A DNA stretch of 64,000 nucleotides. Origin: Octopus sinensis (taxonomy: Eukaryota). The stretch lies in assembly GCF_006345805.1 (NCBI RefSeq), contig NC_043017.1, forward strand, positions 26,970,001-27,034,000. Direction: 5' to 3'. Within the stretch, counting starts at the first letter, position 1. Each line of letters starts with the position of its first letter. A program made the position numbers and the translations under genes. Below the pieces are notes generated by a model. The model saw nothing but the letters and a program-made list of their open reading frames with translations. It was not told the DNA's origin and ran no database searches. Below are positions 1-12,678 of this stretch, one piece after another.

Positions 1-38
1 TTTCTGTTACTCTCTTTCTTCCTCACATCCTGTCAATC

Positions 39-82
<44 letters not shown>

Positions 83-413
83 GTACTTGTCTGAAGCCCC
101 AGATTCCATGATGAACTTTGTCAGTAGGCAATGTTTACTGTTTTATCAAAATCTACATCTCTGTATTAAAAATTTATTATAGAAATATTTCATACACTCC
201 TTATTAAAATATCTTCTGCTATGTTATCTACGTCTCAGCACCATCTGACAACTTTGAGACTTCATTATAGTTCCGCAGAGGTCGATATTTCATTTAAAAT
301 TTTTCAAATACTATTTTAGTGTAATCCATTGGTCCCTCCCCTGTCATTGCTGGACTTGTGCCTAAATGTGAAATCATTATTATCATAATTTTTGTTACTG
401 TGAGAAAAGAAAC

Positions 414-470
414 GATACAAAATATAGATTAATCACAAACCAGGTTTGTGATTAATCCATATTTTGTATC
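414..470. repeat. Near-perfect palindrome (28-bp arms, 1-nt centre, 1 mismatch)
   Basis: GATACAAAATATAGATTAATCACAAACC-A-GGTTTGTGATTAATCCATATTTTGTATC read directly. Confidence 0.9.
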
Positions 471-859
471 TGTTCATTTGTCTTACTCGCTTACATTCTG
501 GCGTTTGCTAAGTTTCCTTGAGAACATTCCTTTCTTAGTGGTAAGACCATAGCGGATCTTCTTCTAGCATAACGGATGTCCACTTATAGGTCATCCCTCT
601 TATATGTATGTAATATATTTTTTCTGAAACTTCAGATTTTACTATATGCTAGACCACTAGATTTAAATTGATATTGATCAAATTAATATTCAATTTTTCA
701 TCTTTTCGTTTTGAGAGGATATTATTTGAGCAGTTATATTGGATTTATAGCGGTTTTGACTGTTATTTCTAGACGTGTAATGGTGTGTTATAACCCTCTC
801 CGTTATAATTGTAACTTATTCTAAATTATATATGTTTCTTTGAGGAAATAAAGATTTTA

Positions 860-910
860 ATTGCATGTTCTGGCCACTGATATATACATAAATAATTTTG
901 AATTGTTCAC

Positions 911-970
<60 letters not shown>

Positions 971-1082
971 TGTATGTATGTATGTATTTAAGAAAGGAAT
1001 GAATGTTAAAATACATTAGGTAAGATGCATCGTGAACAATTCAAAATTATTTATGTATATATCAGTGGCCAGAACATGCAAT
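860..1082. repeat. Perfect 55-bp inverted repeat flanking a TA/TATG microsatellite spacer
   Basis: 860-914 ATTGCATGTTCTGGCC...GTTCACGATG is the exact reverse complement of 1028-1082. Confidence 0.92.
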
Positions 1083-1104
1083 ATATATATATATATATAT
1101 ATTG

Positions 1105-1262
1105 CAATATTCATTTTCCTATGTTTCTGACGAAGAGCTCCGCTCGAAACGTAAAACCCTCCTTCTTCCCTTCCTTCCTGAGCGTCCAATAATACTATAT
1201 TTGTTCCACGTCCTCGCGTTGTTGTGTTTTCTCTTTGTGTTTTCATGTTTGGATTAACTTTA
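1105..1262 (+). mobile_element. Short interspersed repeat carrying the minimal hammerhead (probable Penelope-like pLTR)
   Basis: Homologous copies at 47895-48042 and 29395-29490; all end at (TA)n. Confidence 0.6.
1123..1157 (+). ncRNA. Minimal type I hammerhead ribozyme motif (Penelope pLTR type)
   Basis: GTTT-CTGACGA-A-GAGC(TCC)GCTC-GAAAC-GTA-AAAC: core CUGANGA, helix II GAGC/GCTC, GAAA, GUA triplet, helix I GTTT/AAAC, palindromic ACGT in place of helix III. Confidence 0.6.
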
Positions 1263-1277
1263 TATATATATATATAT

Positions 1278-1310
<33 letters not shown>

Positions 1311-1986
1311 CGTAGGAATATTTTGTGTAATTAGATAAAAACAACAAGGCTGTATAAATATTAGAGCATTTGTAGATATAAGGTCTTACAGCTGTTCCTA
1401 GAATATTAATTAATAATAATATCCATTTATCCGAGACGATGTGAGAGGAAAAATTAAGTCATAGTTAGTTTCGATGTGAACAAATAGAGAGTGAGTTGGA
1501 GGAAAGAAAATATATGTAAGATATGTATGGTTATTGAGTTCATAAATCCGTTTTATAGGCATAATGGTATATATGTGTAATATTCCAATATCCTTTGAGT
1601 AAAATCCAAAAGTCGAACAGAGTTTAATATGAGTCCATCCAGATGTAAAGTTTATAAGCAATGTAAGATTCTCTTAAAGTTGGTCATTCCCAGTAGGGAA
1701 TTTATATAGTGTTGCAGATTCGAGGTTTGTGTTTAAACTGACCTAGAAATAGGGTGTGTATTAGTTTGGTCAGGAAGAGAGGAATGACAAAGAAAAAAAG
1801 GAGAGAGAGAGAGAGAGATAAAAGGAGGCGAGAAAGATAGAATTAAAGAGAAAGAAGATTAGTAAAAACAAAGTAAAATTACCGAATCTGGAACTTAATT
1901 GTGGTCTGTCTATAGCGCTTTTTCAGCATTACCTGACACATTTGGGTCTCAATAACACAATTATCTCTTAAAACCTCAACTTCTCG

Positions 1987-2026
<40 letters not shown>

Positions 2027-2211
2027 CAAGGAAAAATTATAAAAAGGCAGAATGCTAAATTTAAGGAAAACTTTAATGAAAATGGGTGTATGGAAACATT
2101 TGAAACATTAATAAAATATATCTATATATATTAATTCATACGGTTTTCGTCACAATGTGACTTTTCAAGAATTGTAAGGGAAAAAGAAAAAAAATTTTAT
2201 GACACGCATAT

Positions 2212-2637
2212 ACCATCTCAGGTATTCACAAGCATATACATACATATATATATACCGAATACATGCATATATATATACATATATGTACACACACACATAT
2301 ATATGTGTATGCATATACATATATTCATAGATGTATAACAAATACATTTATGTGTATATATGTATAGATAGAGAGAGGGAGAAAGAGAAGCATATATACA
2401 CAAACCAATTTCAATGGGCGTATATAAATATATATATAATATAAGTAGTTGAATGAATTATCCTAGTATGGATAATTCGGTTAACCGATACTCTGGTAGC
2501 GAATTTACTTCAGAAAGCACGGTTGAAGCTACATGCACCCTTTATTCTTTTGGAATTAAGAATATGCAATCTTCGAAACATGTGTCGAGAATAAAGGAAT
2601 TTTGTTAAATCGTCGTTCGACTCCATTCTTTCATTTA

Positions 2638-2670
<33 letters not shown>

Positions 2671-3610
2671 TGATTCACATGTACATACACATATATACAT
2701 ATATGTACACTCGCAAACATAGATTTAAATTAATACTGTTCGCATTAATTTATGCGTGACAACTTCATTTCGATGAACACTTGTTCATTGTAGAATCCTG
2801 TAATCGTCTTGATTTTACGAAGACGTATTTATATGTATTAAAATCATGTAAAATATTATGCAATTAAAGATAAAAAAGGACGACCTGTTTTGATTCTTGA
2901 GAGATGTGATCTGAATATTTTCTTCCGTCGATCTTTGTATTTCATCTTTCCAGCTTCTACAATAACTTAAATATTTGCAAACAGTAATCGAATGTTTAAA
3001 AATAACATGGGAATTCAGTGTCGGTTTGTATGACGATGATTACGAAAACTACAGCAACAAGACAAGGAAAACAGCAAAAGCTAAACCTGCTTAAAACATA
3101 TTCAAATATGTCAATTTACATAATTAAAGAATATGATGCCAACTGCTGAAAATACAAAATATATATGTATAGTATAATCTACAGAAACTGATTTTAAATT
3201 CGACAGCTTTTCTTTTCATTTCATATTAGTTTCACGAAATAGAATATAAATTAAGAAAGATGGTTAGAAATGAAGATTACAATATTCCTGTATAGTCATT
3301 CACGTTCACACACATACACATAGGCAGACGCATATATAAGATTAAACAGACACACAGACAGACGTGCACACACCATCTCAGGTATTCACACGCATATACA
3401 TATATATATACATACGAAATACATACATATATATATATACATATATGTACACACACACACACACATATATATGAGTGTGTAGGTATATACATATATACAT
3501 AGATGAATAACATATACATATACGTGTACATATATATATATATATAGATAGAGCGAGAGGGAGAAAGAGAAGTATACATACACAAACCTATTTCAACGGG
3601 CGTATATAAA
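2212..3610. repeat. Old local duplication: 2212-2430 vs 3373-3610
   Basis: Shared anchors ACCATCTCAGGTATTCAC, GAGAGGGAGAAAGAGAAG and ATTTCAAYGGGCGTATATAAA in the same order, about 1.16 kb apart. Confidence 0.75.
2444..2635 (+). mobile_element. Internally deleted copy of the 56.8-57.3 kb hammerhead-bearing repeat family
   Basis: 2444-2535 matches 56770-56865; 2540-2635 matches 57185-57280 including CTTC-GAAAC-ATGT-GTC-GAGAATAAAGG; the CUGANGA half is missing. Confidence 0.75.
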
Positions 3611-3651
3611 TGCATGTATGTATATGTATATATGTATATATAAATATAAAC

Positions 3652-3723
<72 letters not shown>

Positions 3724-3724
3724 C

Positions 3725-3780
<56 letters not shown>

Positions 3781-3793
3781 GTATATATATATA

Positions 3794-3836
<43 letters not shown>

Positions 3837-4208
3837 ATATACATAGGTATGTTTGTAATTTGTATGCAGATGCATGCTAACGTTGAAAATGATTACGCTT
3901 CTTCAGCCAATTCCATTACTTGGCGACAATTTTAAAGAGTGTACTTGCATGTGTAATCCTATGTGTGCGTGCGTGTGTGTATATATGCATATATATATAT
4001 ATATATATTATATATATCTATATATACATATATATATTATATATATACATATATATACGTATGTGCGTGTGTGTATGTATGTATATGTACATGTATATAT
4101 ATATATGCATATATATATATATTATATATAGTTATAGGTATAAATATATAAGTAAACACACAGACAGATTGGCAGACACACACACACAAACGCACATAAA
4201 AATGCATA

Positions 4209-4295
<87 letters not shown>

Positions 4296-5185
4296 AGTAT
4301 GTGCACGTACTATGGCACTCTGCTTCTATTTGCTTAACAAAATCACAGCAGAGTTATTCATCATGAAGTTAGCGGAGTAGAATTTGCTATAATATTAACG
4401 GCAACAATAACGAAATCGCTATGTTAGGCAAGGACTAGAAATGAATAAAATAAAAGAGAATACATACATATATATATTTATATAAAGAAAGATAGAAAAA
4501 ACAAATAAGGATGAAAGAAATAAAGAATCATGCAGCAAAAATTTGTAATGAATAACATGACTGCAATGTAAAATAACAGAAATGCAAATGATGAGAAAGA
4601 AGAAAAAAACGAAACAGAGAGGAGAAATAAAATGGAGAATTGCATCAGGAATTATATAACAAGAAGTAAAAGAAAGACATTCTAAGACAAGAAATATTAC
4701 GGAAGAAATCAAGGGTATAAAAAAGAACGTGAAAATATTCACGATATAATAGAAATAAATAATAGGAAAAATGAAATTCCAAAGAAAGACATATGCTAAT
4801 AGTGAAATAAATGTGATTTTTTTTCTAGAAAAATAGTGAACTCCATTCGTAATAAGATTTACACGTACCCAAAGGGGAAAATATCACAGTATTTAAAATA
4901 GAACCGCTGCCATGTTTATTTGTATATTTTATTTTATTTATGTATATTTTTGCTTGAAACTTTCTGAGTCTAACGTAAAAACTAATTGTTTTAAATATTA
5001 TTTTTTTCCCATTGGCAGAAGGCTGAAGCGTCTGGTTTTTATTGTATCAATGGATAGGAACATGGGAGAGAGGAATTGTTCCTATCGAACTGTGAAAGTA
5101 TGATGACCCCCGTCATTTAGCATAACTATATAATTTCATACTGTTTATATATTGTGCCACCAATGGCGTGCTGATCTTAACTTCG

Positions 5186-5354
5186 TGTACGCGTCGTGGA
5201 GTGGCTATATGGTAAGTAGCTTGCTAACCAGCCACATGGATCCGGGTTCAGGCCCACTGTGTGGCATCTTGGGCAAGTGTCTTCTGCTATAGCCTCGGGC
5301 CGACCAAAGCCTTGTGAGTGGATTTCGTAGACGGAGACTGAAAGAAGCCTGTCG

Positions 5355-5395
<41 letters not shown>

Positions 5396-5585
5396 ATGTG
5401 TGTGTCCCTCTAGCATTGCTTGACAACTGATGCTGGTGTGTTTACGTCCCCGTCACCTAGCGGTTCGGCAAAAGATATTGATAGAATTAGTACTGGGCTT
5501 ACAAAGAATAAGTCCTGAGGTCGATTTGCTCGACTAAAGGCAGTGCTCTAGCATGGCCGCACTCAAATGACTGAAACAAGTAATA
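5186..5585 (+). mobile_element. tRNA-derived SINE, family A (internal TA/TG microsatellite)
   Basis: Box A-like TGGCTATATGG, box B-like GGTTCAGGCCC, CTTGGGCAAGTGTCTTC body, tail GGCAGTGCTCTAGCATGGCCGC..TGACTGAAACAAG; many homologs in window. Confidence 0.85.
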
Positions 5586-5704
5586 GAGAGGGAGAGAGTC
5601 GATATAGTCAAGTGCTGAGATTGTACTTTTATGTAAACACTGCAACGAAGCCGCTATTTGAAGTCAATGGTTCAAATTATCCTACATTTTTTCTCTTTCG
5701 AACA

Positions 5705-6947
5705 TACCACTTTGGCAAGAAAGTAATTTCATTTTTTTTAGTGTGAAATATAAGGAAGACTTTTTTTTTACATACAATGGATGTAGTAAATATTTTCATT
5801 TTGTTCAATGACCTTTTTCCATCTTTCTGCAATTTCATAATGCAGGACTCATAGAACTTCTGATCCCTAACAGCCAAAAACTGAAGCAAATGCGGTTTGA
5901 GATGGACATCATCATTCAAAGATTTACCATTCCAAAAATTTTCCAAACTTCGAAATAAATGCGAATCTGATGTCGGAAGAGCAGAGCTATGTGGTTGATG
6001 TGACATTACTTTCGAACCAAGCTCCAATAATTGCCATGGTGGAACTCGATTCATTTACGTTTTGGCCAATTCTTGCCATTTTTCTTCGATTGATTCCCCC
6101 AGTTTCATTAGTAGTTGGCAGTAAACATCTCAATTGATCACTTGGTTCCTTGGAAGCATCTCAACATACACAACACTTTTTAATCCCAATTTGACAGCGG
6201 GACAATTTTTTTTATGTAATTCAGCTTCCAAAGTGGCTTGTGCTGGTTCATTACACTTGGGCTATGATTGTTTTCGATTGATATTATTGAAGACAATCCA
6301 TTCTTAGTCACCATCGATGATTCGTTTCAAAACAAGGTCGATTTCTCTGCGTTTGAGAACATATTCAAAATATTAGGTCGTTGTGTTAAGTGAATTTCTG
6401 TCATTTCGATTTGAACCGTAGTACTGAACTTCTTTACGAGTCGAAGAAATCTTAAGTAATTTTTTATTGTCGTGATACATTTAACCTGTCTGTAATCTCT
6501 TGAAATGTTATATGACGATCAGATTAAATTATAGCTTTGATTCGGTCATCTACATCAGTAGGTCGACCAGAATGTGATTTCGTCTAAAGATTGAATGACA
6601 AGTGATGATACTTAGAGTGGAATATCTCCAGAACTGAATGTTTTTATCATTTCCCACATGTGCCTTCTGTTATGCAATCAACACCATAAAAAATCCTATA
6701 TCAATTTGTGGACCTCAGCAGCTTCTTGCTTTTACGGAAAAAAAATATGGCGAAAATGTTCATTTTGCACTCCAAGTAAAAATTGACACTGAACTAACAA
6801 CGGTAAACAAAAATAAGCGAAATTTACTTCGGAAGTAAACTAAACGCAATGGCTATCAAATGTGAAATGGAAAAAAATATATAACATTGACAAATGTCGT
6901 AACCATATATGCGAAAAATGAAATTGTATTCTTGCCAACCGAATATA
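5705..6947 (-). mobile_element. Decayed Tc1/mariner DNA transposon (about 1.24 kb, degenerate TIRs)
   Basis: ORF 5677-6054 LELGSKVMSHQPHSSALPTSDSHLFRSLENFWNGK matches the mariner C-terminus (ELGWEVLPHPPYSPDLAPSDYHLFRSL); TIRs TTGGCAAGAAAGTAATTTCATTTTT (5712) and AAAAATGAAATTGTATTCTTGCCAA (6914). Confidence 0.85.
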
Positions 6948-7174
6948 ATATTCATATGGATATAAATACGGAAATCTTTATAAAAGAAACGGCACAGACT
7001 GTAACAACTACCACTCGATCTCTGTCACTTATTTGATCGAATTGCTATGAGAAAAGAAACGAAAGTTTAAAAGTGATTCCTGTGGGATATCAACTATGGA
7101 AAACAAATGATATAACTGAATGCAGCGCACATTATTTTGACCGCAGTTTTGTCGATACAATGAATACAAAGTCA

Positions 7175-7179
7175 TTATA

Positions 7180-7217
<38 letters not shown>

Positions 7218-7298
7218 AATGATGATAGGATAATGATAATAATAATAATAATGATAATAATAATAATAACAATGATAATAATAATAATAATAATAATA

Positions 7299-7328
<30 letters not shown>
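7175..7328. repeat. (GAT)n/(TAA)n compound microsatellite
   Basis: Direct reading. Confidence 0.95.
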
Positions 7329-7329
<1 letters not shown>

Positions 7330-7347
7330 TCTATCATAAAGAAAATC

Positions 7348-8440
7348 TAATTCTATCATAAAGGAAAGCAAAAAATTTGCTATTGATCTCATGCAGGATA
7401 CCCAAACTGAACAACCTGAGGGAAGTACGGCAACTATTGTTGCAAAGAAGGTGAAAATAATGGCAACGAAAACAGCGCACGAGCAATTGGCTGATAGGTG
7501 GGAGGAGAAACCTCTGCACGGCAAATATGTGGCCCGTAGCAAACAAGCTGATGTTGACCAGAAGCAAACCCATCAGTAGCTACGGAGCTCAAGACTAAAA
7601 GCAGAGAGCGAAGGTTTCATCCTGGCTGCTCAAGATCAAAGCCTATTAACCCGGAACTACCAGGCCAATGTGATGAAAAATGGAGCAGACCCAAAATGCC
7701 GATTCTGCAACGACATGATTGAAACAGTGGACCACCTAATCTCTGGATGTAAAGTCTTAGCACCAGTGGAGTGTAAATTAAGACATGACAGAGTTGGGCA
7801 ATATCTACACTGGCTAATAAGTCGGCATTACCATATAAAAACTGCCGACAAGTGGTATAATCACCACCCTGAGGCTGTAACTGAAGGAGAAAATGTAACC
7901 ATTCTGTGAGACTTTCCAGTACATACAGACCGAACCATCAAGGCCAATAAACCAGATATTGTTGTGAAAGACCAAAACAATAAAGTTTGCTTATTGATCG
8001 ACATGAGCATCCCCGGTGATCATAATATCTCAGCGAAAGAGTTTGACAAGCTCAGAAAATATAAAGACCGACTCATTGAAATTGAGAAAATGTGGCATCT
8101 CAAGGCGGTTACAATACCAGTGATTGTAGGAGCACTAGGAATGATCAAGAAGGGAACCGAAAATTATATGAGAATGATCCCTGGCTTACCATCCCTGCAA
8201 GAAGTGCAAAAGATTGTCTTAACTGGTACATCACACGTATTGAGAAGAGCATTGTCGATGTGAGAACTGTTGCTGCTCATGTATTTTAATTTAACTTAAA
8301 AAAAAAAAATTTTAATGAATGAACTATTGAGTTTGGTTTAATGGCCTACCAATGTATACTATGAGTTTCTTTGCCCTAGGAGTCGGGAAGACACTCGGCA
8401 AGAATTGGAAGCAAATTTGAAAGAAGAAAAAAAGAAAATA
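7348..8440 (+). mobile_element. 5'-truncated R4/Dong-clade non-LTR retrotransposon (zinc knuckle + restriction-like endonuclease), two in-frame stops
   Basis: One frame across ORFs 7391-7579, 7670-7909, 7964-8263: KPLHGKY, EGFILAAQDQSL, CRFC..ETVDHLISGC, RHD, KPDIV..LID, KE.DK..KY, IPVIVGALG; 3' UTR CCCTAGGAGTCGGGAAG; flanked by (TAA)n on both sides. Confidence 0.88.
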
Positions 8441-8458
8441 ATAATAATAGTAATAATG

Positions 8459-8514
<56 letters not shown>

Positions 8515-8540
8515 TATAAAAAATAATGATAATAATAACT
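8441..8540. repeat. (TAA)n microsatellite, 3' flank/target of the Dong-like element
   Basis: Direct reading. Confidence 0.95.
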
Positions 8541-9504
8541 ACAACATTAATCAGTGGCTTCAAACTTTGGCACAACTCAAGAAAATTTGCGGTTAAATCG
8601 AGAGCCGTGTTCAAATGGTTCCTATTGTATCGACTCGGAAACGATGAAAAACCTAAGCAGAATTTAAACTCAGAACTTGAAAAAGGCTGAAATGTTATCA
8701 ATTATTAATCGTTAATATTATTCATATAAAGCAGAGACTTAGAATTTTAGTACAAATTCGTTATATGGAGTTAAGAGGAAACGTAAAGAAATGTTTTCAC
8801 AACAAAATATAAATGGATCTCGTTCGTGATTTTCCTTAGTTCAATGACTTGGGTATCCTGTTCGCTTTCCAGACATTTGTACATTACTGCACATACTTTA
8901 TACGCACTTTTGACAAGGTGTGGTGCACCTGAGCATTGTATACAATAATTTCATTATATATTATAATGCCGACCTTTCGGAGTTTATTCTAAAATAATAG
9001 ACTTTTCGAAAGGCAATTGTAATTTGCTTTTTTCTTTTAAGAAAGGTTTCTTCGAATACAAACATCAATCGGTAGCAAATTGAAATGATCGTTAAAACGC
9101 CCGATCCAATGAGGATCGTTATTCATTCTGGTTGAGTGTGTAGTAAGTTTTAATACAGCCAAATTCATATTTGGTATTATCCATTCGGCGTCGAAAAGTG
9201 ATCCAGCGATTTATCTGATTCTTTTAATCTCACTCGCTCTGGAGTATACGGGTAAAGAAAAACAAGTAATTACAACCTAGTTCATGTTGTAACACATTCA
9301 TGCGGCATACGAATTCCGCAAACGATCGATGCGGTCTTGAAGTGTTCAGCCGTTTAATAATTAGTTTTCCAGAATACAATTTGTATTGGTTAAAAATTAA
9401 ATTCTCATTTTATCCCACACATTATTTTAACGTTATACATCATCCCCTGTTTGCGGAACAAACTTCAGTTAGAATTTTAAACAGACCCTGCATATATTTA
9501 TCAT

Positions 9505-9887
9505 GGAGGCGCAGTGGTTAGGGCAGTGGACTCGCGGTCGGAGGATCGCGGTTTCGATTTCCAGGCCGGGCGTTGTGTGTGTTTATTGAGCGAAAACACC
9601 TAAAGCTCCACGAGGCTCGGGCAGGGTGTGGTGGCGACCCCTATTGTACTCTTTCGCCTCAACTTTCTCTCACCCCACTCTTACTTCCTGTTTCTGTTGT
9701 ACCTGTATTTCAAGGAGCCGGCCTTGTCACTCTCTGTGTCACGCTGAACATCCCTAAGAACTACGTTAAGGGTACACGTGTCTGTGGAGTGCTCAGTCAC
9801 TTACACGTTAATTTCACGAGCAGGCTGTTCCGTTGATTCGGATCAACCGGAACCCTCATCGTCGTAACTGACGGAGTGCTTCCATCC
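9505..9887 (+). mobile_element. tRNA-derived SINE, family B, full length with 11-bp TSD
   Basis: Head GGAGGCGCAGTGGTTAGGGCAGTGGACTCGCGGTC, tail GGAGTGCTTCCATCC; TSD ATATTTATCAT at 9494-9504 and 9888-9898. Confidence 0.9.
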
Positions 9888-10322
9888 ATATTTATCATAA
9901 ACTCTACCGATACATTATACTTTAGAAATTACATTTCCGCCAGTAAAGCTACGCATGAGGAATTTAGCATTCATTAAGCAACTACTATCCTGCTTAAAAG
10001 TGTTCTCAGTACAAATTGCCCGGCCAAATCTCACAAACATATTTACGAAGATAAAAATTTTATATCGTTGGCCAAACTCCATACATTTCGAAAATCATAG
10101 ATTATCATCATGACGTAACGCATAAAGATCTTAGAGCGAAACCACATGTATATGAGTGCAGAAGTCTCTTATTCACATTAAACAATATAGATAACTAAAA
10201 GTAAGTTGTTTTTTTTATTATAACATAAAAACAAACATTAGTACAATATCTATAACATATACTTGTGTGTGTATGTGTGTATCTATGCAGGCAAACATGC
10301 AGGCACATGTAAATGTAAGTTC

Positions 10323-10398
<76 letters not shown>

Positions 10399-10526
10399 CA
10401 AGAGAAGAAAATGGATATAATAATAATGGGAAACTCATGGTTTACGCTGGCATGTCTTTAAATAGGCAAAAATGAAGACTCAGGGATGTGTGTATATATA
10501 TACATATACATACATACATATATATA

Positions 10527-10575
<49 letters not shown>

Positions 10576-10650
10576 TGCACATACATACATATATATATAT
10601 ACATATATATATATATAATATATATATATATTATATATGTATATATATAT

Positions 10651-12183
10651 AGGCCCAAGTTGTGAAACACACAGACTTAGCAACTTTATAGATATCATCT
10701 TAAAGCCAATACTGAAACACATTCCAAGTATTGTAAGAGATGACCTGGACCTATTAAACCATCTCCCCAAACATGCCGATAAAGACACCTTAATCGTTTC
10801 TTTTGATGTTATTAATCTTTACACCACAATCCCACATGAATATGGACTGGAAGCCATTAAATTCTGGCTGGATAAATATCCCAATGAGATCCCGGAAAGA
10901 ATTAAAAAAGAATTCATAATTGAGGGCCTCAAATTTATTCTGCTAAACAACTTCATGTATTTCCACAACAACACTTACAGACAGGTCTCAGGAACTGCAA
11001 TGGGTACGAAGGTTGCACCTACCTATGCAAACCTGGTGATGGCCTATCTGGAATCACATATCTATGAAAAATCCAAATATAAATACGGCCAGTCTTTCCA
11101 CAAATACCTGTTGGAGAACTGGAAACGCTACTTAGATGATTGCCTCATCCTATGGTCCCACACACTCGACCAACTTATAGACTTCAAAAACCTTATCAAC
11201 AGTGTAAATAACAACATTCAATTCACAATGGAATATAGTCAGGACCAACTCCCTTTTCTTGACATCCTAATCATTAAAAAAGGCGTCAACATTGAAACTG
11301 ACATCCATTACAAACCCACTGACTCTAAACAATACCTTCTATTCACCTCCAATCACCCAAAACACACAAGGACAAATATCCCCTTCAACCTAGCGAGAAG
11401 AATCTGCACTATTGTCTCAAATGACACAACACGAAATAGAAGACTCCGGGAACTAAGGGCAATTCTTCTCGAAAGACATTACCCGGCATCACTAGTAGAC
11501 AACGGAATAGAACGGGCCAAATCAATCAACATTCAAGACCTTCGAAAACCCAAACACATCCACAGTACAGTAAATAGCCTCCCCTATCTCTCAACACACA
11601 ACCCAAGGAATGCAGAAGCTTACACTATTATATACAACAACATTCCACAACTAAATCAAGACCCACGCCTGAAAAAAATACTGGCAGCTCATAAAATAAT
11701 AAAAAGTAAGAGACAACCTCAATCCCTAAAAAACCTCCTCACCAACACAAAATTACACAACACAAACCCACCGCCCACCATCAAAAAATGTGGTCGCCCA
11801 ACTGCAAGACCTGCATCCACCTCATTGAGGGATCGTCGTACAAGTTCCACTCGGGACACACATTCATCATAAAAAATAATTTCACGTGCACATCAAAAAA
11901 TTTACTCTACGTCATAAGGTGTGAAGGATGCCACGAAGACTACATAGGGCAAACGAGCCTTACCCTCAGAGAAAGAATGACAGTTCACCGACAACAACTG
12001 AGGGACCCCTCCACAAGACATATACCACTGAGTGGACACTTAGACCTTTGTGCACACAATAAGTCCCCCAAATTCTTAGTCTTCCCACTATACCAATGCT
12101 CGGACAACACCACAGACCAAACACGAATAAATAAGGAAAGTAATCTTATTCAAAAATACAGACCACAACTAAACATACTCTAA
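10651..12183 (+). mobile_element. Penelope-like element, 5'-truncated RT + Zn finger + GIY-YIG endonuclease, single 1-nt frameshift
   Basis: SFDVINLYTTIP, QVSGTAMGTKVAPTYANL, RYLDD, QLPFLD, HYKPTD..QYL..SNHP; KKCGRP/NCKTC; NLLYVIRC..C..DYIGQT; frameshift at 11800-11801; starts directly after (TA)n. Confidence 0.93.
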
Positions 12184-12339
12184 CATACCCCCTGGAAACA
12201 CATCCAGAGCAAGCACATAGGGACGCGCGCACGCTCACAGCATATCGTGCGGTCGGGCACATGCGCGCATCGGCACGCATAGGACACACTAGCGGGCATT
12301 GACCGCACACATACGTGGAATGCACACGTATGCATTATA

Positions 12340-12367
12340 TATATGTAGGTGATGTATGTGTGAGTGT

Positions 12368-12403
<36 letters not shown>

Positions 12404-12622
12404 TGTGTGCACGTTGTGTGTGTGTGTGTGCGCGGGTGTAATATATATAGTGTGTGTGTGTGTGCAATGTGTGCGTGTGTGTGTATGTGTGTGTGCGCGC
12501 GCGTTGTGTGTGTGTGTGCACGTGTGTATATATGTGTGCTGTGTGTGCACTGTGTGCGGGTGTGTGTGTATGTGTGTGGTGTGAGCATTGTCTACGTGTG
12601 TATGTATTTACATGTGTATTTG

Positions 12623-12678
<56 letters not shown>

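Noticed and set aside
3277-4306. Many 60-200 aa ORFs rich in Y/I/V/C/H/T (here and throughout the window)
   Set aside because: Translations of (TA)n, (TG)n, (CATA)n and (TCTA)n microsatellites that lack stops by composition.
9505-9575. tRNA-like sequences with A and B boxes
   Set aside because: They are heads of SINEs: they continue into repeat bodies with TSDs and do not form a complete cloverleaf.
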